DNA of 64,000 nt from Adineta vaga (taxonomy: Eukaryota > Animalia > Rotifera). Where the stretch lies: contig CP075492.1 of assembly GCA_021613535.1 (NCBI GenBank), positions 1,302,001-1,366,000 on the forward strand, written 5' to 3'. Position 1 is the stretch's first letter, and every line of letters starts with the position of its first letter. The notes beneath the pieces are model-generated. The model made no database searches. It saw nothing but the letters and a program-made list of their open reading frames with translations, and had not been told where the DNA came from. Made by a program: the position numbers and the translations under genes. Shown here piece after piece: positions 47,325-58,018 of the stretch.

Positions 47325-48572
47325 GTGAGGGTAGAAGAAATCAATAATACAATCGTAGATGTAGTGCCCACTGTTTGCAAACGTATCGCAAATACTGTAT
47401 GGTCTTTCATGCAATGTATCGCAAATACTGTATGGGCTATCATGCAATGTATCGCAAATACTGTATGGGCTATCATGCAATGTATCGCAAATACTGTATG
47501 GGCTATCATGCAATGTATCGCAAATAGTGTATGGCCTATCATAGGACCTTGCGTTCTTGTTATTGTAAGCGTTCTTATAGCTCTTGGTATTATTGCCTGG
47601 TTGTTACAATACACTTACACGGTGTTGATCTGTTCTCAGTTTACGCAGTATGTACCGTTCCTCCATCATATTTGCTCAAAACCATTTACTCATCATGAAG
47701 AAAATATATCATTTCGCGCCAATACTGTCGCCGAAAAAACAGTTGGCCTAGCTGTTTTTCTTACCGCCAAAACTGACGTGAGCGTACCAGAGAAGATGGT
47801 TCATATGAGAACTGATATTATTGCGATCCGAGCCGCTATTGATAACGGCAATATCGATCCCAAAGTAAGAAAAGACTTAAGTGAAAAATTCCACGACCTT
47901 CAAATTCTTATTCAACAAGGTGGTAATCAAATGAAAACTATGGTTAATTCTTTTGGAACTGCGCTTGCAATGATTGAAAAATCAACTGAGTATATTGCAG
48001 AAGATCTAAAAAAAACTACGTCTCGAAACGAAGCATTACAACCTAGAGATTCTCAAACAAGTCACACTGCTCTTGTACAGTCATTCAATGACTATATTGC
48101 GTCAGTGCGCAACGATATCAAGCGTGCCGTATCAAAAGCTAATGACGCCTTTGACACTCTTGTGAAGATTCGCGATATATTAGATCAAATTCCAAATATT
48201 ATAGAACGTGGGAAGAAACTGGACAATAACAATGTTCTTGAACTTGAGCAAGATAATTTATGGCGATGGATATTTGGCAAAGATGAATTGACTATTGCTA
48301 AGCTTAAAAGAAATTTAGAAATGTACGACCTGTTGGGTAAATTTGTTAATGAAGCAGCAAATATTATTGGCATTATAATTCAAAAACTGGAAGGCTTTCA
48401 ACATGAAATTGGTGAACTTGAATATACCGCAGCTGATCTCGAAGAACAAGTCCGTAAACCACATTTACAGGTAGGTATGCAGATGAAACGACTCGAAGGA
48501 ACACTGAAACAGCTTAAGCGAGCACGTGCAGCATTTGGTGCAAAATCTGACAATAAAACACGCTTGGAATAA
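47325..48572 (+). CDS. Uncharacterised protein: 11-aa repeats, TM segment, long helical/coiled-coil domain; true start probably in an upstream exon (ATG near 46960)
   Basis: 415-aa open frame, TM IIGPCVLVIVSVLIALGIIAWLL, heptad-rich C-terminus, AATAAA downstream. Confidence 0.78.
   Translation: MRVEEINNTIVDVVPTVCKRIANTVWSFMQCIANTVWAIMQCIANTVWAIMQCIANTVWAIMQCIANSVWPIIGPCVLVIVSVLIALGIIAWLLQYTYTVLICSQFTQYVPFLHHICSKPFTHHEENISFRANTVAEKTVGLAVFLTAKTDVSVPEKMVHMRTDIIAIRAAIDNGNIDPKVRKDLSEKFHDLQILIQQGGNQMKTMVNSFGTALAMIEKSTEYIAEDLKKTTSRNEALQPRDSQTSHTALVQSFNDYIASVRNDIKRAVSKANDAFDTLVKIRDILDQIPNIIERGKKLDNNNVLELEQDNLWRWIFGKDELTIAKLKRNLEMYDLLGKFVNEAANIIGIIIQKLEGFQHEIGELEYTAADLEEQVRKPHLQVGMQMKRLEGTLKQLKRARAAFGAKSDNKTRLE
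47376..47542 (+). repeat. Coding 33-bp tandem repeat, 5 copies (MQCIANTVWAI)
   Basis: Core GTATCGCAAATA(C/G)TGTATGG at 47383, 47416, 47449, 47482, 47515. Confidence 0.95.
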
Positions 48573-48932
48573 TATAATCGGAAAGTTTTCGTTATCGAAC
48601 CTCTGTTCTACTGAAATAAAAATCGTAATAAAATTCAAAATTCAAGTCGAAACATCTGTATAATAATGACTTGTATAATTCTTCAACGAAAAAATAAACT
48701 GAAACTAAGGAATTTTTATTTTAAAAACAAAATGAAAGATTACAATCAATTTTATCAAAACGTATCATATGTATGAGATGATAAAAGATCATTCTGCAAG
48801 GGGGAAACGACATCCCAGGATCCCAATACTCCGGTACTCCAAAACATTACATGAGTATCAATTTGCTAGAAAGCTCAGAAACTCAGAATTTTATTCCATT
48901 GATTTCTCATCGAGAGTTTGTTTAAATAAAAA

Positions 48933-49007
48933 TCTTGAGGGTGTGGGTGAGGGTATTCTTTCTACACTCACTCTCGCCCACAACAACATTCACCCATCCA
49001 TCCTAGA
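48933..49007. repeat. Telomere-like palindromic element
   Basis: TCTTGAGGGTGTGGGTGAGGGT...CACCCATCCATCCTAGA. Confidence 0.8.
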
Positions 49008-49617
49008 TAGATATTGTCACGTCTTGTGATTCCACGTAATGGACGTATATATTTATGTAAATATATGAAGAGTTCTTTATTGGAAAATAATCAGAAAGAT
49101 AGATCGGGAAGAGAGAGAGAGAAGAAAAACGTATATATATATAGGAAAAGACCAAGAAAGAAAGGCAAAACACACACATACGTCATGCATATGTAAAAGT
49201 CCTTATGATCATGTAGGAATGTACCATACTACATCACAGATATGAAAGATCTCTTGATTCTAGTAAATTATAACGAATGTCAATGTAAGATGAGTAAATT
49301 TTAGGAAGTTTCTGAGTAACATCGGCTCGAGTCGCTTGGAAGAGAATATGAACCGATATCCCATCACTGTGGTGAAAGACGTCGACGAAAAGGAGAAACT
49401 TCTGAAATTTTTTTCTTCAAAGCAACAAAAAAAATGTATTTTTGTTTTTCATTCTATGTTAAAATAAATATTTAACAGCATATAGTAAAAATTTATGTGT
49501 GAATCAAAAGTAAAATGCATTCTGTAGATTTCATTATTACACGTGGTAGGTAAACATCGCTTATAAATCAAAATTATTTTTCTTTAAAAAAATTTTGGAT
49601 ATTATATTAGTAAAATA

Positions 49618-51897
49618 ATGGCACAGACAAGTATTGATGTTACTCATTCATTATTATTATCATCATCACTTTTCACACGAAATGATGAAAATAAAGAAAA
49701 TACAACACTTATTTGGTTTGATCCAAATATTGATTTGGAAGAAGAAGATGTAGAAGTTACCAAACAACAATTACGTTCTATTAATGATTTTGTTAGTTTT
49801 TATACAGATGTAAACTCATGCATACAATATATTCAATTAAGTGATAAAGAAAAGATTTTTTTGATTACATCAGGTTCGAAAGCATCACAAATTTTACCTC
49901 ATGTTGTTAATCTTAATCAAATCGATTCAATCTTTATTTTTTGTATGAATAGAAATAAATGGAAGTATTTAATCGATGATTATGATAAAATTATTGATAT
50001 TTATATTGACCTTGATAAACTTTGCTCATCACTTCGATATCAAATTGATCTTGTTAATAAACAATTACAAACTTTTATTGTTTTTGATCGTCAAGAAAAA
50101 TCAACAAAAGATTTATCAAAACAATCAGCCGAATTTCTTTGGTTTCAACTTTTTCATCATCTAATTATTCGTTTACCATTAAATCGACATGCTAAACAAC
50201 AAATGATTGATTTCTGTCGAAATTATTATCGTGGAAATCGTAAAGAATTAGCTATAATTGATCGATTTGAAAAAGAATATTGTAATACCAATGCTATTCG
50301 ATGGTATACAAAACAATCATTTCTCTTTAAATTAATTAACAAAGCATTGAGAATTGAAGATTTAAATCAACTGCAAACATTTCGATTCTTTATTCATGAT
50401 CTTTCAAATAATCTTGTCAAAGAACAAGAAAAAATTCTCTCATCTAATGAAACGATTTTAATTGTTTATCGAGGAACTTTCTTAAATAGAAAAGAATTCG
50501 AAGAACTTAAAGCAAATCAAGGAAAAATTATATCTACCAATGGTTATTTATCCACAAGTCGTTCACAAGAACGAGCTATGAAATTTATACAAAAGCCTTC
50601 AAAGAAAGCAGATGATGTTCGTGTTCTCTTTCAAATTGAATGTCATATTCAACAAATTGGAAAAAGTGTTACTTATGCTGATATTACTTGTTTAAGTAAA
50701 TTTCCTCGAGAAAAAGAAGTTCTTTTTGATTTAAATGCAGCATTTCAACTTATTTCGATTATACAAGAAAACTCCATAGAAATTATTCGTATGAATGTAT
50801 CCAATGAAGGAGAACGAATAATAAAAGATTATTTAAATTTAACGAAAAAAGACGTAGAAGATAAAAGTGCTGCCATTGTACTTGGACAATTGATGTGTAA
50901 TCTTGGTCTATATGATCAATCACAAAAATATTTCGAACAATTATTTAAAGAATCTAATGGAGAAGATATTGCTTGGATTGAATTTCATATTGGACAAGTT
51001 CTTGATTATAAAGCTCAATGGGAACAAGCGCGGATATATTATCATCGAGCATATGAACGAATGACGAAAACAATACCACCAAGAATTAAAGATTCAATTG
51101 TAGTTATGAATAATATTGCTGGAACTTTATATCGTCAAGGAAAATTTGATGAAGCTTTGAATAGACATAAACAAATATTACAGACTCGTGAAAAAAACTA
51201 TCCTGATAATCAAGGTGATATTGCTCATAGTCTGAATTACATTGCACTTATTCTTGATCAACAAGGAAAATATGATGAAGCTTTAGATTATCATCAACAA
51301 GCATTAAAAATTCGTGAAGGATTTTATCCAAATGATCATATTGATATAGCTGCAAGTCTAAACAATATTGGTCATACATTAAATCATCAAGGTGAATATG
51401 ATCAAGCATTACATTATTGTCAACGAGCATTGACAATTCGAGAACAATTCTATCCAAATGGACATATCGACACTGCGAAAAGTCTTAATACTATTGGTCA
51501 AATCTTCGAAAATCAAAACAAATACGATGAAGCTTTGGACTGTCATCAACGATCACTTCAACTACGCAAAAAATACCTTCCTTCAGGTCATCCACATATT
51601 GCTATAAGTTTGGATAATATTGGATCGACTCTAAATCATCAAAAAAAATATGATGAAGCTTTACAATACTGTCGAGAAGCATTAGCAATACGACAAGCAT
51701 CCTATCCTGATGGTCATGTTGATATAGCGTATAGTTTACTTAGTATTGCTAAATGTTATGAAAATCAAAATAACAATGCCGAAGCACTAAACTATTACCA
51801 ACAAGCATTATCTTTATTTGATAAATATCTTCCTCGTGATCATCCTTCTCAACTTATAATTAAGCATAATATTCGTCGTATCACGGGACAACATTGA
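49618..51897 (+). CDS. Receiver-like domain + R-S-E ADP-ribosyltransferase domain + TPR repeat protein
   Basis: 759-aa intronless ORF. VYRGT, GYLSTS, EKEVLF. 42-aa TPRs (IAxSLNNIG..YDEAL). Confidence 0.9.
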   Translation: MAQTSIDVTHSLLLSSSLFTRNDENKENTTLIWFDPNIDLEEEDVEVTKQQLRSINDFVSFYTDVNSCIQYIQLSDKEKIFLITSGSKASQILPHVVNLNQIDSIFIFCMNRNKWKYLIDDYDKIIDIYIDLDKLCSSLRYQIDLVNKQLQTFIVFDRQEKSTKDLSKQSAEFLWFQLFHHLIIRLPLNRHAKQQMIDFCRNYYRGNRKELAIIDRFEKEYCNTNAIRWYTKQSFLFKLINKALRIEDLNQLQTFRFFIHDLSNNLVKEQEKILSSNETILIVYRGTFLNRKEFEELKANQGKIISTNGYLSTSRSQERAMKFIQKPSKKADDVRVLFQIECHIQQIGKSVTYADITCLSKFPREKEVLFDLNAAFQLISIIQENSIEIIRMNVSNEGERIIKDYLNLTKKDVEDKSAAIVLGQLMCNLGLYDQSQKYFEQLFKESNGEDIAWIEFHIGQVLDYKAQWEQARIYYHRAYERMTKTIPPRIKDSIVVMNNIAGTLYRQGKFDEALNRHKQILQTREKNYPDNQGDIAHSLNYIALILDQQGKYDEALDYHQQALKIREGFYPNDHIDIAASLNNIGHTLNHQGEYDQALHYCQRALTIREQFYPNGHIDTAKSLNTIGQIFENQNKYDEALDCHQRSLQLRKKYLPSGHPHIAISLDNIGSTLNHQKKYDEALQYCREALAIRQASYPDGHVDIAYSLLSIAKCYENQNNNAEALNYYQQALSLFDKYLPRDHPSQLIIKHNIRRITGQH

Positions 51898-52006
51898 AAT
51901 ATTTCGTAAAAAATTCGTTGTTTTTAATGATAAAGATATATACTACTAATTAGAGAAGATAGAACATTGATGAGAATAAAATTGTTATAACTTTGTTCAT
52001 AGTCAT

Positions 52007-52079
52007 GCTCTTGTGGCGCAATGGTTAACGCAACCGGCCTCTAACCGGAAGATTGATGGTTCGAGTCCATCCAGGAGTG
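52007..52079 (+). tRNA. tRNA-Arg(TCT), atypical (C33), possibly a pseudogene
   Basis: Acceptor GCTCTTG/CAGGAGT, A-box TGGCGCAATGG, anticodon arm CCGG-CCTCTAA-CCGG, T-arm GATGG-TTCGAGT-CCATC, oligo-T terminator at 52089-52096. Confidence 0.85.
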
Positions 52080-52301
52080 GTTTGTTAGTTTTTTTTGATA
52101 ATAAACGTGCTGAAACAGTATGATGAAATACCTTACACAAATGTTGACTGCTTTTTTTGTATGAAAATAATTGCATCACATACCCATTTCATCATCATCT
52201 TTTTTTTTCTTTTTCCTTACGATGAGTTATCATGAATGTGAATGCTTATTTCATTCTTTAGCTAAAAATAGCGTTCAAAGAGGTCTGATTTTGTGTAGAG
52301 A

Positions 52302-52353
52302 TGGGTGTGGGTGCTTCTAGGTTATTATACATTTACCATGATCCACACTCACA
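52302..52353. repeat. Telomere-like palindromic element
   Basis: TGGGTGTGGGTG...ATCCACACTCACA. Confidence 0.7.
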
Positions 52354-52541
52354 TGTTCATGTCTACTAGAAACAAAGTGCTTAGACGAAAGTAAACGTAA
52401 TACTTTTTTAAAGCAATCTAAAAAGCCTTTTGATCAAATAAGAGAGAAAAGGAAGAGAAGAGAGAAGTGGGAGAAGAGAACAACAAAAGGGAAAGAAAAG
52501 AGCGAAAAGAAAAAGAGATAGGCGGCAGAGAGTGAAAGAAA

Positions 52542-52542
<1 letters not shown>

Positions 52543-52575
<33 letters not shown>
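52543..52575. repeat. (GA)n microsatellite in a purine-rich tract
   Basis: Direct reading. Confidence 0.9.
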
Positions 52576-52579
<4 letters not shown>

Positions 52580-52626
52580 AAAAGAAAAAAAACTTTTTTT
52601 TTACAAAAAGATTCTTCGTCAAATTG

Positions 52627-53156
52627 TCTAGAAAACATGTATATTTTCATATTTTCCATTTTGTTATAAAAATACTATGCAATGAATTTGTCCAAACACG
52701 CGAAACTTTCAAACAGAAAGTTTTTAGGACAAATATTCTTTAGAATAATCTGTCGAAATTCATTCATAGTATTTAAATGCATATAAGAATTCAACTACAT
52801 CATTTTCTAGAACAAACTTTCCTCTACAAAATAGACTATTGTATGATTCTTTGCTTACATATAAGAAAAAAACTTCGCTCCAGTATTGATTATTATTTTC
52901 AGTATTACACTGTTATTTGTTAATGAATTTCAAAATGTTTTCTTAATAAAATAATCAGCAGAATAAGTGCTACAAGAAATCTCATCTGAAAAGAAACTTT
53001 TCTAAATATTTTGCGTTCTTCTGTCTGATATCTTTTTAGACTATCTACTGGAAACTTCTTGTTTAAAAGTTTCGCTTTTTGAACAAATTCATTGCATGAT
53101 ATTTTTATATCAAAATGGAAAATATGAAAATAATAAAAATATATACGTTTTGTAGA
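52627..53156. mobile_element. Degenerate inverted-repeat element; related sequence at ~57440-57550
   Basis: 52640-52727 (TATTTTCCATTTTG..TGCAATGAATTTGTCCAAA) is inverted at 53048-53130. CTATGCAATGAGTTTGTCCAAA recurs near 57499. Confidence 0.6.
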
Positions 53157-53259
53157 TTTTTTCTATGTTGATTTATAGATGAAAAAATACTGAGAGATTC
53201 ATTTATTTTGGGCTATTCGTTAGATTTTTTTAATTATCTTTTTGTTTATTAAGTTATTA

Positions 53260-54030
53260 ATGAATATAAATGAAAATGATATTAATAATATTCTTAATGA
53301 AGATTTAACTATTATTAATAATATAAAATCATCATTTTTATCAATTTTTGAAAATCAATTTGAAAGTTTACCTGAAACAATTGATTTATCTAATGCTACT
53401 TCAGCAATTATATCTTGGGCACAATTTGATAGTGAAATAGTCCTTCAAACTATTCGATTTTTTCGTCAAATAAATCATTTTGAAGATTTAAATAATGATG
53501 ATCATTTTATTTTAATTAAATATAATTTATTTTCACTTATGATTATTCGAAAATCTTTTAATTATTGTCCAACAGATTTTCGTAATTCAATTGAAATAAA
53601 TAAAGAAAAAGAAAGATATATACGAATTAATAAACTTTATGATGTATCAAATGATTTACAAAATAATATGAAATCATTTATTTCTTCTATTATTCAATAT
53701 ACTGAACATGATTCAATATTATTATCAATTCTTTTAATAATTGCTTTATTTTCTCCAACTTTATCATTAAATCTTGATGAACCATTATTTAAAGATTCAT
53801 TATCAATTTATCGATCACAAACTTTTTATATAAATATTTTATGGAATTATTTGATTAAAAATCAAAATGAAATAATCGTACATAAAAAATTTATTCAATT
53901 AATTACAATTATCTTTCGAGTTCAATTACTAAGTGGAACATTTAGAAAATTTATTCGTGATCAAATAATAAATATAAATAGTGTAGATCAAATTACAGAA
54001 CTTATGCAAACTATTTTACATATTTCTTAA
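53260..54030 (+). CDS. Nuclear receptor ligand-binding domain protein; no DNA-binding domain visible
   Basis: LBD signature FFRQINHFEDLNNDDHFILIK, IIALFSP, terminal ELMQTIL helix. ATG at 53260; possible splice acceptor at 53252-53253. Confidence 0.8.
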   Translation: MNINENDINNILNEDLTIINNIKSSFLSIFENQFESLPETIDLSNATSAIISWAQFDSEIVLQTIRFFRQINHFEDLNNDDHFILIKYNLFSLMIIRKSFNYCPTDFRNSIEINKEKERYIRINKLYDVSNDLQNNMKSFISSIIQYTEHDSILLSILLIIALFSPTLSLNLDEPLFKDSLSIYRSQTFYINILWNYLIKNQNEIIVHKKFIQLITIIFRVQLLSGTFRKFIRDQIININSVDQITELMQTILHIS

Positions 54031-54094
54031 TTTATATTAAAATTATTTGAATAAAACTAATCAATGCGAATTTTCTACAAAGTTGACTTTCATC

Positions 54095-54975
54095 TAGAGG
54101 CGGCAGAGTCATTTCAATACAGGAGAGACTCAAATTTCTTTTTGTATCATAACGGTAACCTAGAAGGAATTTTTTCCAGTAAATTCTAGCGTGACGAAAT
54201 GAAATGCAAGTTAATTAGAAACCAGTGGAAAAACTCCGAAAATTTCCAGTTTTAAATACTACTTCTATATAAAGTATCTGTCAGGTTCGGAGTTATACGC
54301 GTTTTATTTGGAAATTGTTCTCGAAGGAACTAAAAGAATAAAAGTAGAGAGTTGTAGGTGTAGAGATGTTCGTTTTACATCTTTTCATATGTGATTGAAA
54401 TTTTTCGCCTTAATACTGATTTCAATGAATTTAATTCAAAGTAAGTTTTTACATGCAGATAGTTGCGCACTCAGAAAGTCAACTAAACATAAATAAATAT
54501 AAAATATTATTTATTTATTATTAATTTCTGAGTGTATAATCTTTATCTATATGAACGCAAAACTCATCAGCTTAATTTGAAGCGATTCAAATAAACATGA
54601 TAAGAAAAAATACTATTTTTAAACAAAAAAAATCTTTCTAGTCTGATTTCATGAAACAAAAAGCCGTAACAAATATTTTTTAAACCTAATTTATCCAGTT
54701 TTTCCTTGTAAATATGCAGAATAATGATATGATTTAAACACCGTTGAGTTATAGTTGATCGTACGTATGTTTTAATCCTGTTTATCGTGCTAAATGATCG
54801 TTCAATAGCAGCTGTTGTAACGCACACATTCAAATATAAACGAATTCATGTGGTGAAATATGTTTCTACAAGACACAACTGATACAAATCAATCTGAAGT
54901 TTATTACTGATAGCAGTCTTAAAAATAAAAAGAAACAATTAAGCCTCTTCAAGCCTAATGAGTCCGCCGCCTATA
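54095..54975 (-). mobile_element. Internally deleted hAT element with transposase dimerisation-domain relic
   Basis: TIR TAGAGGCGGCAGAGTCATT / AATGAGTCCGCCGCCTATA. Flanks CTTTCATC and ATTTCACC match at 6/8. ORF 54567-54833 has TTAAIERSFSTINRIKTYVRST. Confidence 0.85.
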
Positions 54976-55220
54976 ATTTCACCGATATTTCATTCGAATT
55001 CGAAAATGAAATATTGAGAAACAAAACAATGATATTTTTCTATTTTTTTCTTATATGCATTTTGTATTACACATCTAACTTTCAGATAAACTTCAAGGTT
55101 TCTATATTTATTTATATAAATTGTAATCTCGATTAATTAGTGAAGTATAGATACACAAGCAAGTAGACAATTTATGTTAATAAGAGTTTTTTTTCTAAGG
55201 AAAAAGAAAATCAAATCAGA

Positions 55221-56307
55221 TTAGTTTTTCAAAGGTGCTGAATCCGCAAATGACATATGAGCCATTTGCTTTGGATATCGATCTCCACTTATATTTGCAT
55301 TTTCACAAGCTTGTCGAATTTGTAAAATATCTTCTTTAGTTAATTTAACATTTGATGCACCTGCATTTTCTTCTAAATTTTTTATTTTCGTTGTACCTGG
55401 TATAACAATAAATTGTTCACCTTGTGCAAGTATCCAAGCTAATGTTAATTGACCTATTGTACAATTTTTTTTCTTTGCAATTTTATTCATTAGTTCTACT
55501 AATTGAAGATTTTTTGGAAAATTTTCTTTCGAAAATCTTGGTAATATTCGACGAATATCATTTGCTTCGAAATCATCAGGACTTTTAATTTGACCAGTTA
55601 ATATCCCACGACCTAATGGTGAATAACATACAATAGAAATGCCAAGTTCTTGACATGTTTTTAAAACACCAATTTCTTCTCTTTCAATATCTAAACTAAA
55701 AGGTGAATATTCAATTTGTACAGCAGATATTGGATAAATTTTATATGCACGTCGAATTGTATCACTTGAACATTCGGATAAACCAATATATTTGATTTGA
55801 CCTTTTTCAACAAGTTCTTTTAATACATTCATTGCTTCTTCAATTGGAACTTTTGAATCAATTCGATGAATATAATAAAGATCAACATAATCAAGTTGAA
55901 GACGATTTAAACTCTTTTCAATAGATTGACGAACATATGCCGCATCATTTCGAACGCTGTGTGATCCATCTGAATTCATAACACCGGCAAATTTGGTTGC
56001 AAGAAATACCTGTACAATAGATGATTCAGATGATTGTTCGATAGTTTTATTCATTTATTTGTTTTAAACTAACCTTTTGACGTTGTTGTGGATATTTTTT
56101 AAAATATTTTCCCAATAAATCTTCATTATCACCATAAATATCAGCACTATCAAAATAAGTACATCCAAGTTCAATAGCTCGATCAAGAACTTTAAATCGT
56201 TCTTCATCAGATGCAGGTGTTCCATAAAATGCTGATAAACCCATTGCACCAAAACCAATTGATGATACTTGTGGACCATTTTTACCTAACCGACGTTTAG
56301 ATACCAT
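55221..56307 (-). CDS. Aldo-keto reductase, AKR13-like (fungal/plant/bacterial type)
   Basis: Exons 56074-56307 and 55221-56009, intron 56010-56073. GFGAMGLS, DSADIYG, ATKF, LYYIHR, IGLSE, YSPLGRG, IPGT; D-Y-K-H tetrad intact. Confidence 0.92.
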
Positions 56308-56422
56308 TTGTTCTTTTCGTCGACTACACATCTTTTCTTTGAAACTAATTGTATTGAGTTTGTAATGAATATTTTTAATGAAATACTCTCAGTATATATA
56401 TACTTACATATAATGCACTAAA

Positions 56423-56573
56423 GAAAGAAAAACAATGTGAACGAATTCGTACTTTGTAGAAAAGAAAAGGGTGAACGATATCGTACGTTATAGAAAAGAA
56501 AAACAATGTGAACGTAATCGTACTTTGCAGGAAAGAAAAAAAACATGGATGTATTTATAGAATAGTGACGTCA
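56423..56573. promoter_or_regulatory. Candidate AKR upstream regulatory cluster: three direct repeats plus a CRE palindrome
   Basis: GAAAAGAAAA..GTGAACG-N3-TCGTAC three times in 56423-56540; TGACGTCA at 56566-56573; TATA-like run near 56393-56402. Confidence 0.4.
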
Positions 56574-57577
56574 TATTGTAACATATTGACGTTATATTAA
56601 ATTTCATTGTAATTTTAAATGTATATTTTCAAGTGTTCTACCATGGAGATGAGTATGAGCCCGTAAATACCCTACTATAAGATTGATTAGCATCCTGAAC
56701 TTGGATACTGATGTACTATACTGAGACCCTGCTAGTAATTCCTCATAACTTATTCTGTGGAAAGAACAGTAGATTATTGAGTTAGACCTTCTTAACAATA
56801 TTTAGAGTATTAGAGAAAAAGAAAATTCATTTAATTGTTTGTCTGAAAGTCAAAAGTTGCAGCACATGATTTAGAGGCGAAGACAAAAAAAACATCATTA
56901 TGAATTTTTCGTATAATATATATCTAGAAATGATCACTATTTCTATTCAGTGAATTATTGATATAAGATAGAAACTAAGGAAAATCTATTGTTTGAAATG
57001 ATGGCAATGTTTTAGCTTGTTACAAAGACAATAATAAAGAGAATAACAATAAGACGAATTTGTAATGATAAATGTTAAATACACATGAAAAAGATGAAAC
57101 AGAAGAAACAATAAAAATACGTTCAGTGCCAATCGATGATGATATTTTTTTGACGCTAAACAAATCGCAACTTGCTGAAGTAGAAAGACTGGAGAAAAAA
57201 AACATATATATACAGATATTATCTGCGCTTTGTTCAATAGTTCTAACCATCATTCTCTCTTATACCAGATTTTGTATGTGACTGTTAGTATCTGTGATAT
57301 AGTTTTATATCAAACGATTTGGCAAAACAACTGATTAAAGGGTGTGAACTAAGTTCTGATTCCATCCGTATTTTGACAATATTTTTTTTTCTTTTCAATC
57401 CTTAGAGCTAATTGTTTTACCAAAAGATGCGCCGTCAAGTTCTCTACAAAACGTATATATTTTTATTATTGAAACATTTTCCATTCTGATGTAAGATGCT
57501 ATGCAATGAGTTTGTCCAAAAAGCACAATTTTCAAACACGAAGTTTTTAGTATGATCAGAATATCTCAAAATTGCTG

Positions 57578-58018
57578 CACTATAGAGATGGAGATGACCA
57601 GTCTAGGCGGAAGACTTTTTCCTTTGTTGTCAGAAAAATATTACAGTACGTACAAAAAACTCGATTTTTTTCTGTCATTTGTAGTACTTATTTAGAGCTA
57701 ATGATTTGTAATTATTTGGACCACATATCATATGTAAGTTAAAATCAAGATAATGAAGAGTATTTCCGATGCTCCGTATTCAACTTGGTAATAGGACAAT
57801 TGGTTTGTTAATGATCGACAGAAATATAACTTCAAAAATACTCTTTATTATACTGATCTCATAAACGATGTGTGATCCAAATAATTACAAATCATTAGCT
57901 TTAAATAAGTACTACAAATGATGGAAAAAATTCGAGTTTTTTATACGTACTGTAATGTTTTTCTGACAACAAAGGAAAAGGTCTTTCGGCTAGACTGGTC
58001 ATCCCCATATATGTAGTT
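57578..58018. mobile_element. MITE with ~150-bp inverted arms and CACTA..TAGTT ends
   Basis: 57578-57729 is the reverse complement of ~57867-58018 with few mismatches; no clear TSD. Confidence 0.8.

Noticed and set aside
47376-47542. 33-bp repeats as CRISPR
   Set aside because: Head-to-tail with no spacers, and in frame within a CDS.
52408-52659. Hydrophobic ORFs on the minus strand
   Set aside because: Translation of the GA-rich microsatellite tract.
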